Below, in pieces: positions 53,376 through 64,000 of a stretch of 64,000 nt of DNA. The stretch's first letter is position 1. Every line of letters starts with the position of its first letter. The notes under the pieces were generated by a model. It was not told the DNA's origin. It did not search any database and saw nothing but the letters and a program-made list of their open reading frames with translations. A program made the translations under genes and the position numbers. Location of the stretch: the NCBI GenBank assembly GCA_951406725.2, contig OX597821.1:92194001-92258000 (forward strand), in the 5' to 3' direction. This DNA is from Octopus vulgaris. Taxonomy: Eukaryota.

Positions 53376-53806
53376 CCTATTAGAGAACATATAGAAATGG
53401 AGGGAACAGCTTTAAATCTTGCTTGAAATTTTGTTCAGTTAAGAAAGGCACCCAGCAGTAGAAACCTTGCCAGATCAGATTGGAGCATGGTGCAGCCTCC
53501 TGGTTTGCCAGTCTTCAGTCAAACCGTCCAACTCATGCCAGCATGGAAAGCAGATGTTAAACGATGACGATGATCATGATGATACTAATATGTTTGTATA
53601 TATAAAGGCAGCAAGCTAGCAGAATTGCTACAGCACCAAACAAAATGCTTAGCAACATAATCCTGAAAGAGACAGGTTTCTGGTAAAGGCCTCCTTACAT
53701 GGAATCAAATCAAACTATTGTAAATAATGCATATAACTCCTACTAGCTGTGTTATGTGCCATTTTCTTTCATTTGTCCACCCACTTGTGTAAGTGTATGT
53801 GTATAT

Positions 53807-53941
<135 letters not shown>

Positions 53942-53949
53942 TACATATG

Positions 53950-54170
53950 TTCTTCTATACTTTTACTTGTTACAGTCATTTGACTGTTGCCATGCTGGAG
54001 CACTGCCTCTAGTTGAACAAATCAACCCCAGGACTTATTTGTTGTAAGCCTAGTGCTTATTCTATTGGTCTCTTTCGCTGAACTGCTAAGTTACAGGGAT
54101 GTAAAGACACCGACATTGGTTGTCAAGCAATGATGGCGGGGGTGGGGGGGACAAACACAGACACACAAAC

Positions 54171-54201
<31 letters not shown>

Positions 54202-54383
54202 GATAGATAGATAGATATATACGATGGGCTTCTTTCAGTTTCCATCTACCAAATCCACTCACAAAGCTTTGGTCAGCCTGAGGCTATATAGAAGACACTT
54301 GCCCAAGTTGTCACACAGTGGGACTGAACCCAGAAGCATGTGGTTGGTAAGCAAGCTATTTACCACAAAGCCACTCCTGTGCC
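53950..54383 (-). mobile_element. SINE family A (diverged)
   Basis: Reverse-strand match to 16662-17086. Confidence 0.85.
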
Positions 54384-54479
54384 TATATACATATATATAC
54401 ATACATATAAATATATATATATAAATGTAAGATCCAGGGATTGTGGTATAGGTAAAAAGTTATCTTCAAGCAATCCATA

Positions 54480-55322
54480 ATAAATGACCTTCGAACGTTG
54501 GGTCTCACAGAAGCAATGACAAAAGACTGAGACCTCTGGAGATATGCTGTGACAAATAACATGAGTTCATGGCTGTTTCCAGCACCAGCTTCACATAGAA
54601 GCCCCAGCTCTTCCAAAGTGCCTTGGATCGCAGGATAGCCTGCTCTACTTACCTTGGTTCATAGGGTGACCTGCTGCTGCTGTGCTTGAGGAGACCTATC
54701 GAGTCAAGTACATCACCATCAACATCAAAAAATCAAATGGAAATTGTAGTTGTGATACCTGTGCCGGTGGCACATAAAATGCACCATCCGTATGTGGCCA
54801 ATGCCAGCGCCACCTTGACTGGCTTCCGTGTCGGTGGCACGTAAAAAGTACTAACTGATCGTGGCCATTGCCAGCTATCTCCTGGCACCTGTGCCAGGGG
54901 CACGTAAAAAGCACCATCCATACGTGGCCGATGCCAGCTCCGCCTTGACTGGCTTCCGTGCCGGCGGCATGTAAAAAGCACCAACCAATCATGGCCATTG
55001 TCAGCCTACCCTGGCACCTATGCTGGTGGCACCTAAAAAGCGCCATCCATATGTGGCCAATGCCAGCGCTGCCTTGATTGGATTCCATGCCGGTGGCACG
55101 TAAAAAGCACCAACCGATTGTGACTGTTGCCAGCCTCCCCTGGCACGTAAAAGGCACCCACTACACTGACGGAGTGGTTGGCGTAAGGAAGGGCATCCAG
55201 CTGTAGAAACACTGCCAGATCAGACTGGAGCCTGGTGCAGCCTCCTGGCTTCCCAGACCCTGGTCGAACTGTCCAACCCATGCTAGCATGGAAAACGGAC
55301 GTTAAATGATGATGATGATGAA
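54480..55322 (+). mobile_element. RTE-superfamily LINE 3' end with about 60/120-bp tandem units in the UTR
   Basis: DLRTLGLTEAMTKD matches the ORF end at about 33560-33640; repeated ggcacgtaaaaagcacc units; (GAT)n tail. Confidence 0.85.
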
Positions 55323-55769
55323 ACAACTTTCAAGGACAATAGTGGTTTATTGGGATGAAAGGTTGTGGACTTTTCCATATCAAAGAACAATATGCTGACA
55401 AAAGTTCTTTTATATTCCATGGTAGGAAACCAGGGTTATCAGGTGTGCGATACTCCATTCCATAACTCTTGTACACACAGATATGAATTGTTTATAAATC
55501 AAGTTATGTGTTTAAGGTGAAACAAATTGTTGGCTTTATATATATATATATTTTTTTTATATTGGTTATGTTATCTTATATTATATTATATTTTATAGTA
55601 CATTATATTATGTTACATGTAATAAATTGTTAGATTGTCTCTATTTTATTTATTATTTGAAATTTGTATTCATACCGCTATTTCTGAGGTATTCAACTGC
55701 TGTACCATTGAATTGGCTGTTTTGCACCCCTCTGAAGGAATTGGTTTTTCCTTTGTTTGTTATATATAT

Positions 55770-56018
55770 CATCATCATCATTGTTTCACGTCCGTTTTCC
55801 ATGCTAGCATGGGTTGGACGGTTCGACCAGGGTCTGGGAAGCCAGGGGCTGCACCAGGCTCCAGTCTGATCTGGGAGTGTTTCTACAGCTGGATGCCCTT
55901 CCTAACACCAACCACTCCAAGAGTGTAGTGGGTGCTTTTTACGTGCCACCTGCACGGGGGCCAGACGAGGCTGGCAACGGCCATGATCAGTTGGTGCTTT
56001 TTATGTGCCACCGACACA
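55770..56018 (-). mobile_element. RTE-type 3' UTR fragment
   Basis: Inverted match to 55070-55322. Confidence 0.8.
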
Positions 56019-56078
56019 CGAGTAAGCACATAAATGAAAAACAAGTTGGAAAAAACAGTACCCAAATACTGAAGGTAG

Positions 56079-56507
56079 AGTACTCTTTACTCTTTTACTC
56101 TTTTACTTGTTTTAGTCATTTGACTGCGGCTATGCTGGAGCACTGCCTTTAGTCGAGCAAATCGACCCCGGGACTTATTCTTTGTAAGCCCAGTACTTAT
56201 TCTATCGGTCTCTTTTTGCCGAACCACTAAGTGACAGGGACGTAAACACACCAGCATCGGTTGTCAAGCAATGCTAGGGGGACAAACACACAAACACAAA
56301 CACTCACACACATACACATATATATATATATATATGCATATATACGACAGGCTTCTTTCAGTTTCCGTCTACCAAATCCACTCACAAGGCATTGGTCGGC
56401 CCGGGGCTATAGCAGAAGACACTTGCCCAAGATGCCACACAGTGGGACTGAACCCGGAACCATGTGGTTGGTTAGCAAGCTACTTACCACACAGCCACTC
56501 CTGCGCC
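56079..56507 (-). mobile_element. SINE family A inserted into a pLTR-like repeat
   Basis: Full-length copy; flanks 56018-56080 and 56510-56660 resemble 34362-34518. Confidence 0.9.
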
Positions 56508-56551
56508 TATAGTAGTGTACTTTTTTATTAAAGTAGCAAAACCGTCACAAA

Positions 56552-56660
56552 AACTGATACTCAGCGTTTCACATTCCCATTCGTCAGGCAGTTGTGATCA
56601 AGAAGGTTGTCTTGATCTTAACATCCGATGAAAAGGAATGAGAAACTCTTAGTAGCAGTT
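56552..56660. ncRNA. Inverted pair of minimal hammerhead motifs
   Basis: Minus 56552-56593: CUGACGA-AUG GGAA UGU-GAAA-CGCUGAG-UA. Plus 56621-56660: CCGAUGA..GAAA-CUCUUAG-UA, decayed. Central hairpin gatcaaga..tcttgatc. Confidence 0.6.
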
Positions 56661-57591
56661 ATAGATGTTTGTGTGTGTGTGTGTGTCTGTGTGTGTCTGT
56701 GTGTGTACCGGCATGAAAAATGAACACTATATGATGTTGATGATGCTGATGATGATGATATACACATGCCCATAAAACCATTCTATATGTAATTCATATT
56801 TCGAACAGGTTCTCCTTTCATTGCCTAAACATGTTGGCAAATTCATGTATCTACTGCTAATACTAAATATAACTATACTATACTATTTGAAAATCATGTT
56901 GGATTTATAATAATTCTATTTGAAAAATCCATACCAATTACTTGTTTTCTTTTCTTTTTTCTTTTTCTTTTTTGTAAAAAAAAAAGAAAAAGAAAAAAGA
57001 AATCCTTGTTAAAGAGGAAAAGGACAGCATCTATGACCTTTTTTTTTTTTTTTCAATGCCTCTGTGACTGGTAAGCGAAAGAGAAAAACTTTTCCTCACA
57101 TTACTCGCAATTTATTGGACTCTGCTAAAGACACCCAAGGGCAGTGCTTTGATGTGATTACTACATGCAATTTTTCAAGCTATAAATACTAGTAGTAATG
57201 TGTTACACTTTTTCCCTGTCCACAATGACTGACAGTACAGCGTAATGATTAGTTCGACTGTAAATCTTGTTGATAATGAATTAACACTTTCATGGCCACA
57301 TATGCAGCAATCACTGCATAGTGACTATTATTTCATCTAATGACTCTAACTGTAAACCTTTCTGACAGTGAATTACTATGAAACCATGGGGACACAATGT
57401 AATCTGACAGACAAAGAGATTTGATCTTAGCTTTATTATAAAAACCAATATTATAAAAGGATGTTAAAATGCTGCTGGTTGCTCTGGATTTCAAACACTG
57501 GACTATCTATGTATGTCTTCTTTGCACATGTCTACAACACTAAACAGTAACAAAGAGGGAAAATAAAAACGAAAAATTAAAAATGAAGGGA

Positions 57592-57639
<48 letters not shown>

Positions 57640-58357
57640 CCCAAATGTGAGTAATACTGAAAGATGAGTATATGAGCTTGTTAAAAATCTATATGAAAGA
57701 AATTGGCAGTGAGATCCTACAGTTCTTGTAACATATACTAGCTATATAGAATACACTTCATACATGGTATAAACACAATTAAATAAAAGCAATGTTCTGC
57801 GATGACTAGAGAGCTTGCTTTGAAGAACAAAATATCTGAATGTAAAGCAATTAATAACTAATGAACAATTGACAGTAATGGCTTTTTCAGAAATTAGGCA
57901 AAAGGACAAAATATTAAAAAAAAAAAAAAGAGAGAGAAAAAAAGAGAGTTTTTGTAAATATCAACAATAACTAAAGATGCGTCTCTTTTGATGCAACTAA
58001 TGCATAGAATATGATGGAATGGAATTATCTTGCAGGATAAACAGGAGAGGTGGGGAAAACGGTATGGCGAGGTTTTAGTGGTAAATTAACAATTGATGCA
58101 TAGACCGGGAATTTAATCAGCAACCGCTAATCTGAAGGATAAACATTGGAGGCGGATAACAGAAAAGACTTTTTATGTGTCACAATCAATAGAATTGGAA
58201 AGCTGACTGGTTAGCTTAGTAGAGTGTTAGAATATTGCATTCGGAACTGTGTTGTATCATGTTTAAGTCCTTCTTTCATATCTGAGTATTACAGCACTTA
58301 TATCCACTTTATTGCTGTGGTTCTTAACTTGAGCAATAGGGCCACCTTTTAAATGGG

Positions 58358-58598
58358 GGCTTTGGGTGTTTGGAGTGGTTGTGATTTGTCTCTTAGAAAT
58401 TTAATATCCAAGACATATTTTAAACACTTTTTTCAGAACATTGCTAGGTTTAATGTATTAACCCTTTCATTACCAACACGGCTGAAACCACCTCTGGCTT
58501 TGGGTGTTTGGAGTGGTTGTGATTTGTCTCTTAGACATTTAATATCCAAGACATATTTTAAACACTTTTTTCAGAACATTGCTAGGTTTAATGTATTA
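58358..58598 (+). repeat. About 104-bp near-tandem duplication
   Basis: 58358-58461 is repeated at about 58495-58598; the spacer begins at ttaaccc (piggyBac-like end). Confidence 0.9.
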
Positions 58599-59152
58599 AT
58601 AGAGCATTGCGTTTTCAGTGAGCAGAAACATGACTCACAATGTGCCAGGTTTAATATCATTATCATCATCATTTAACATCCTCCTTCCATGCTGACTTGA
58701 GTTGGACAGTCTGACAGGAGCTGGCCAGGCAGAAACTTGTGCCATGCTTCTGTTTGATTTGGCATGATTTTACAACTGGATGCCCTTCCTACACCAGCCA
58801 CTACATAGAGTGGGTTGAGGGTGTTTTATGTGGCACTCACACAAGAGAGGTCAATTTTGGTGTGGTTTTTACTGTTGGATGCCCTTCCAAAATGCCAACC
58901 ACTTTACAGTGTGGACTGGGCGCTTTTTAAGTGGCATTTGCACTGACAGGGTCAGCATTATTTAATGTCTGCCTTCCATGCTGGCATGCTACTTTCATAT
59001 CTGAGCATTGCAGCATTTGTATCGACTCTTCAAAAACAAAATGAATGAAAGCCACAAAGTTGCAAAACAACTGACTATAAAATGTGCACTGAATTGAATT
59101 TTATGTAAAAATCAATGTTTGTTCAGAGTTTAAGTTCACCTCCTCCATACTA

Positions 59153-59702
59153 TTGGGTTGTCCAGGAAATTCCTGCCGATTTTTAAAAGAAAGAAGAAGG
59201 TCAGTAAATACTTGCCATTATATTATTAATCAACAAAATATGAACCATTTTGTTGCACAATGCGTCTCCATCTTTCCTTTAACTTGAAAATACCCTCTTC
59301 CCAGAATTGAGGTGGTTTCATGGCAAAGAATTCATCAAGGTATCTTTTTATGTCATCCAAGGAATTGAAATTTTTACCCCTAAGACTATTCTGCAGAAAT
59401 CCGAAAGAGCAATATCTGGTGAATATGGAGGGTGGAGTAACACATCCCAGCTGAGCTGCAGTAATTTTTGTCTGGTTCCCAAAGCATCAAGTGCTGAAAA
59501 TGAACTTTCTCATCTTTCACTTTAAAGGGTTACAGAATTAACACAGGTTATAGGAACATAAAACTTCTTCCACGAAAAGGTAGCTTAAGCTGTGCTCTAA
59601 ATGGAGGTGTAGTCAAATCCTATTTTATGGACTCAACCATGTTCCAAAATAAGTCGAAAGGTAAGCTACAATATATCGGCACAAACTTTCCGGACAACCC
59701 AA
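59153..59702. mobile_element. Non-autonomous mariner element
   Basis: TIRs ttgggttgtccaggaaattcctgccgat / atcggcacaaactttccggacaacccaa with TA flanks; HPPYSPDIA motif on the minus strand. Confidence 0.85.
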
Positions 59703-60677
59703 TAGTTCATTATTTTATAAATCTAACACCTACCTCCTACTTGTTATAGCAAGGGCCTATGTGAGACAATGAAGAAGCCTCTATGTGAATGCTAGAAATA
59801 GCAACCAAGTCTCTCTTGAAATAGATTTTACTGTCTTAAATAAGTGAAAGGCATATCAGATAATGTAATTCTACAACTACTTGAAGAAGACAATCTACTC
59901 ATGGATGGGACACCTTTGATTATGGGTCTGCTTAATTAATGTTGACTAGGGCCAAACAATAAGAACAGAGTTTAATTCAGTCATCAGCTTAATACTACCA
60001 ACAAAGCAACAGTGTTACCACCCTCACCACCACCACCACCACCACCACATATAACTCCAACTCAGTTTCTCCAAGTCATCAAGGGGATTAAACTAACGAG
60101 GGAGTTATATGGACGAGAGAGGTGAATAAACGAGAGGAGTGAATGAATGAGAGATGGGAATAGAATAAGGGAGATGGACTAATTAGGGCAGTGAATGAAT
60201 GAGAGAGCTGAACTTATTGGCAGTGGTGAATTGATAAAGGAGCTAATTTAATTAGATGGGGTGAATGAATGATGGAAGTGAATGAATAAGGGTACTGAAT
60301 GACTGAGGGAACTATACACATTAGGGGGGAGAATGAATGAGAGAGGTGAGCTCCAGAAGAATGTAAACTCATGAGGATCCTAACTAGATGCGGGTGGATC
60401 TCTAAATGATAGACTCTACCTTATATAAATTCCTTCTCTGACTAAGCAAAAACAAAGAAAAGTGTAATGAGATCAATGCCATTAGTCCTTAATATGTCTT
60501 AGTATTCTAGTGGGTAATGCATTATGACACAATGCACACACTCAAACACAAGGACACACATACACACATGCAAGCACGCACATGCATACACATACACGTG
60601 CGTACGCATACACACACACAGAGCATGTGAAAAAATCAATTATTTCCCTTTTATTAAAAATAGTTATACATAGGAAT

Positions 60678-61085
60678 AGGCATGGCTGTGTGATAAGAAG
60701 CTTGCTTTTCAATCACATGGGCTCTAGATCAGTCCCACTGCATGGCATCTTGGGCAACTGTCTTCTACTATAACCTCAAGCCGACCAAAGACTTGCAAGT
60801 GGATTTGGTTGACAGAAACTGAAAGAAGCCCATCATATATATGTATGCACCTATTCATGTCTGACTTTGTGTCTGTGTTTGTCTCTCTCCATCACTGCTG
60901 GACAACCAGTGTTGGTGTGTTTACATCCCCATAATTAAGTGGTTCAGCAAAAGAGACCGATAGATTATGTACCAGGCTCCAAAAAAGTTAAGTCCTGGGG
61001 TTGATTTGTTTGACTTAAACATTTCAAACTTGCGCCCCAGCATGGCTGCAGTTCAATGACTGAAACTGGTAAAAGATAGAAGATA
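60678..61085 (+). mobile_element. SINE family A (old, diverged)
   Basis: Colinear with 61278-61702. Confidence 0.8.
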
Positions 61086-61277
61086 CAGAGACAAGCCACC
61101 AACTGAATTATATCTCGAGATAGAGAAGTAATTTTTCGTAGTACCCATGCCTAGGAAAGCTACATCTGTAAATTGAAACCTGGTTACAAATTGAGCTCAC
61201 TTGAGCTCACATTTCTAAGCTCCCAATTATCACAAAATAAGCTCACAACTGAGCACTTGAGCTCACATTTATTCATA

Positions 61278-61702
61278 GGTGCAGGAGTGACTGTGTGGTA
61301 AGTAGCTTGCTAACCAACCACATGGTTCCGGGTTCAGTCCCACTGCGTGGCATCTTGAGCAAGTGTCTTCTGCTATAGCCCCGGGCCGACCAATGCCTTG
61401 TGAGTAGATTTGGTAGACGGAAACTGAAAGAAGCCTGTCGTATATATGTATATATATGTATATGCATGTGTGTGTGTTTGTGTGTCTGTCTTTGTACCCC
61501 TAGCATTGCTTGACAACCGATGCTGGTGTGTTTACGTCCCCGTCACTTAGCAGTTCGGCAAAAGAGACCGATAGAATAAGTACTGGGCTTACAAAGAATA
61601 AGTCCCGGGGTCGATCTGCTCGACTAAAGGCGGTGCTCCAGCATGGCCGCAGTCAAATGACTGAAACATGTAAATGAGTAAAAGAGTAAAAGAGTAAAGA
61701 GT
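61278..61702 (+). mobile_element. SINE family A, full length
   Basis: Match to 16662-17086. Confidence 0.9.
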
Positions 61703-62322
61703 ATACCATAAACGTGAGAAATTTCATACAATATATCAAGGTCAGAATCTTAAAGATACATTGAAGGATATGAGATGTTTCAGCATGGCTGTTTTGTCCC
61801 CACCTGTTTAGTGTCACTGATTCAATGCTGGCTTATTTGTGTACATCAGATGTTTCAATGTCACTTGCAATCTTTCCTTTTCACTTTTCTCTAATAGCCT
61901 CTCTCCTCTCCATCTCGCTCCCTCTGTCTGTCTCTCTCTCCCCCTCTCTTTTCTCTCTCTCTGTCACTCCATTTATGTGTGTAAACGTATTTCTTATGAT
62001 GTGTATGAGATGGAAAGTGTACATATAAACTGTATTCAATCACTAAATAATAATGTCTTTTCCTCTTCCCCCTTGCCTTTCTCTCTCCCTTTCTTTCTCA
62101 CTCACTTACTCTATCTGTATGTGTAAATTTCTGTGCACATGTTCGTGTGAGTGTGTTTGCCTCCAGTGTTAAAAAGTACCATCACCAAAAAAGGACATTG
62201 CCAAACATCCAGTCAGCTGTGCCATATTGCCAGCATCCAATCCAAACATCCACACTCAGTCACCTCATTTCAAGCATCTTATTTGTAATTCTGTGTGAAA
62301 AAAATGTAAGCGGATGAAATAT

Positions 62323-62720
62323 TACTCTTTTACTTGTTTCAGTCATTTGACTGCGGCCATGCTGGAGCACCGCCTTAGTCGCGCAAATCGACCCCAGGAC
62401 TTATTCTTTGTAAGCCCAGTACTTATTCTATCGGTCTCTTTTGCCGAACCGCTAAGTGGCGGGGACGTAAACACACCAGCATCGATTGTAAAGCAATGCT
62501 AGGGAGACAAACACAAACACACAAACACACACATACATACATATATATACATATATACGACAGGCTTCTTTCAGTTTCCGTCTATCAAATCCACTCACAA
62601 GGCATTGGTCGGCCCGGGGCTATAGCAGAAGACACTTGCCCAAGATGCCACGCAGTGGGACTGAACCCGGAACCATGTGGTTGGTTAGCAATCTACTTAC
62701 CACGCAGCCACTCCTGCACC
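62323..62720 (-). mobile_element. SINE family A, full length
   Basis: Reverse-strand match to 61278-61702. Confidence 0.9.
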
Positions 62721-62964
62721 TACTAATATGTTACTAATTTTTCAGTATTTAAATAAATGTGGTACTTCTTATAAATAATGATGTGTATTTTATATAGACT
62801 TCGCCGTTCATTGACAAGATCAACAAAGATCAAAATCATGTGATCTGGTGGTCTTGATGCTCATTGTAACTATTGCAGTTTAGTTCGGTCTTACAGAATG
62901 GTTATTTATTATTTCATCCTGGGGAAGGTTGCAAGGCCCATAGCACACATATAATAATTATTTC

Positions 62965-63585
62965 TTATTTCTTTATTGCCCACAAGGGGCTAAACATAGA
63001 GGGAACAAACAAGGACAGACAATGGAATTAAGTCAATTACATCGACCCCAGTGTGTAACTGGTACTTAATTTATCGACTCGGAAAATATGAAAGGCAAAA
63101 TCGACCTTGGCAGAATTTGAACTCAGAACGTAACAGCTGATGAAATACCTATTTCTTTATTACCCACAAGGGGCTAAACATAGAGGGGACAAGCAAGGAC
63201 AGACATAGGTATTAACTCGATTATATCGACCCCAGTGCGGAACTGGTACTTAATTTATTGACCCCGAAAGGATGAAAGGCAAAGTCGACCTCAGGAGAAT
63301 TTGAACTCAGAACGTAACGGCTGATGAAATACCGCTAAGCATTTCGCTCGGTGTGCTAACGTTTCTGCCAGCTTTCTACTATAGGCACAAGGCCTGGATT
63401 TTGTGGAGAGTAGGACAGTTGATTACATCGCCCCAAGTACTCAACTGGTACTTAATGTATCGACCCTGAAAGCATGAAAGGCAAAGTCAACCTCAGTGGA
63501 ATTTGAACTCAGAACATATAAAGACAAACGCAATACCACAAAGCATTTCGCCTGGCATGCTAACGATTCTGTCTGCTCACCACCT
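62965..63585 (-). mobile_element. Cluster of three tandem or nested SINE family B copies
   Basis: Central domain repeated at about 63040, 63225 and 63425. Confidence 0.8.
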
Positions 63586-64000
63586 TGCCCACACACATAA
63601 TAATGGCCTGGTATTATTGATGCATTTGATTTTCATTTCAGACTTTTGCAGGTTGAAATAAAACTTGAACAAGGAGGGGAATCAGAGGTTTTGCAGTTCT
63701 ACGGAGGAAGGGTTAGCAAAAATTGTTCAGTGCAATAATGTGTTTTAGTAGGAAACGGAGCAAGAATGTTGAGAGAGGAAGGAAGAATGCTACGGTGATG
63801 TAGTTAATAAATGCCGTGGCAGTGGAGGTTGTGACAGTGGAAGTGCTGTTGTGGTCATCGTTCTCAACAATGTAGTAGTCGTGGTCGTGGTCGTGGTGGT
63901 GCTGTTGGTGGTGGTTGTGGTGGTGGTGGTCATGGTGGTGTTGTTGTTGTTGTTGTTGTTGTTGGTGTGGTGGTGGTGGTGGTGGTGGTGGTGTGGTAGT

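Noticed and set aside
54770-55160. Regularly spaced repeats resembling a CRISPR array
   Set aside because: The spacers are themselves repeated, there are no cas genes, and the array lies in the 3' UTR of an RTE-type LINE in eukaryotic DNA.
63652-63711. Possible 60-nt plus-strand exon (VEIKLEQGGESEVLQFYGGR)
   Set aside because: Non-consensus donor (gttagc) and no supporting neighbouring exons or recognisable homology.

Overview
AT-rich, microsatellite-saturated eukaryotic DNA; the SINE and LINE families and repeat texture point to an octopus/cephalopod genome (inference). It is almost entirely intronic/intergenic. Contents: two abundant tRNA-headed SINE families, 5'-truncated LINEs (CR1, RTE-type, R4/Dong-like, L2-like), a decayed Ty3/Gypsy element inside a mariner, Penelope-like element (PLE) remnants, non-autonomous Helitrons and Tc1/mariner MITEs, and a 100-N gap. 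No intact gene is visible; there is one plausible 102-nt minus-strand exon (1543-1644) and a few weaker candidates. Nearly all ORF-track entries are microsatellite or repeat artefacts. The main unexplained signal is about a dozen type I hammerhead-ribozyme-like motifs (CUGANGA...GAAA-palindrome-UH closed by helix I) from several unrelated repeat families. These include forms with a long insertion in helix II, head-to-head inverted ribozyme pairs, core variants (U3-A8, C4, non-A6), and a 361-bp highly structured retrozyme-like monomer. All folds were read by eye, activity is untested, and repeat boundaries are approximate.
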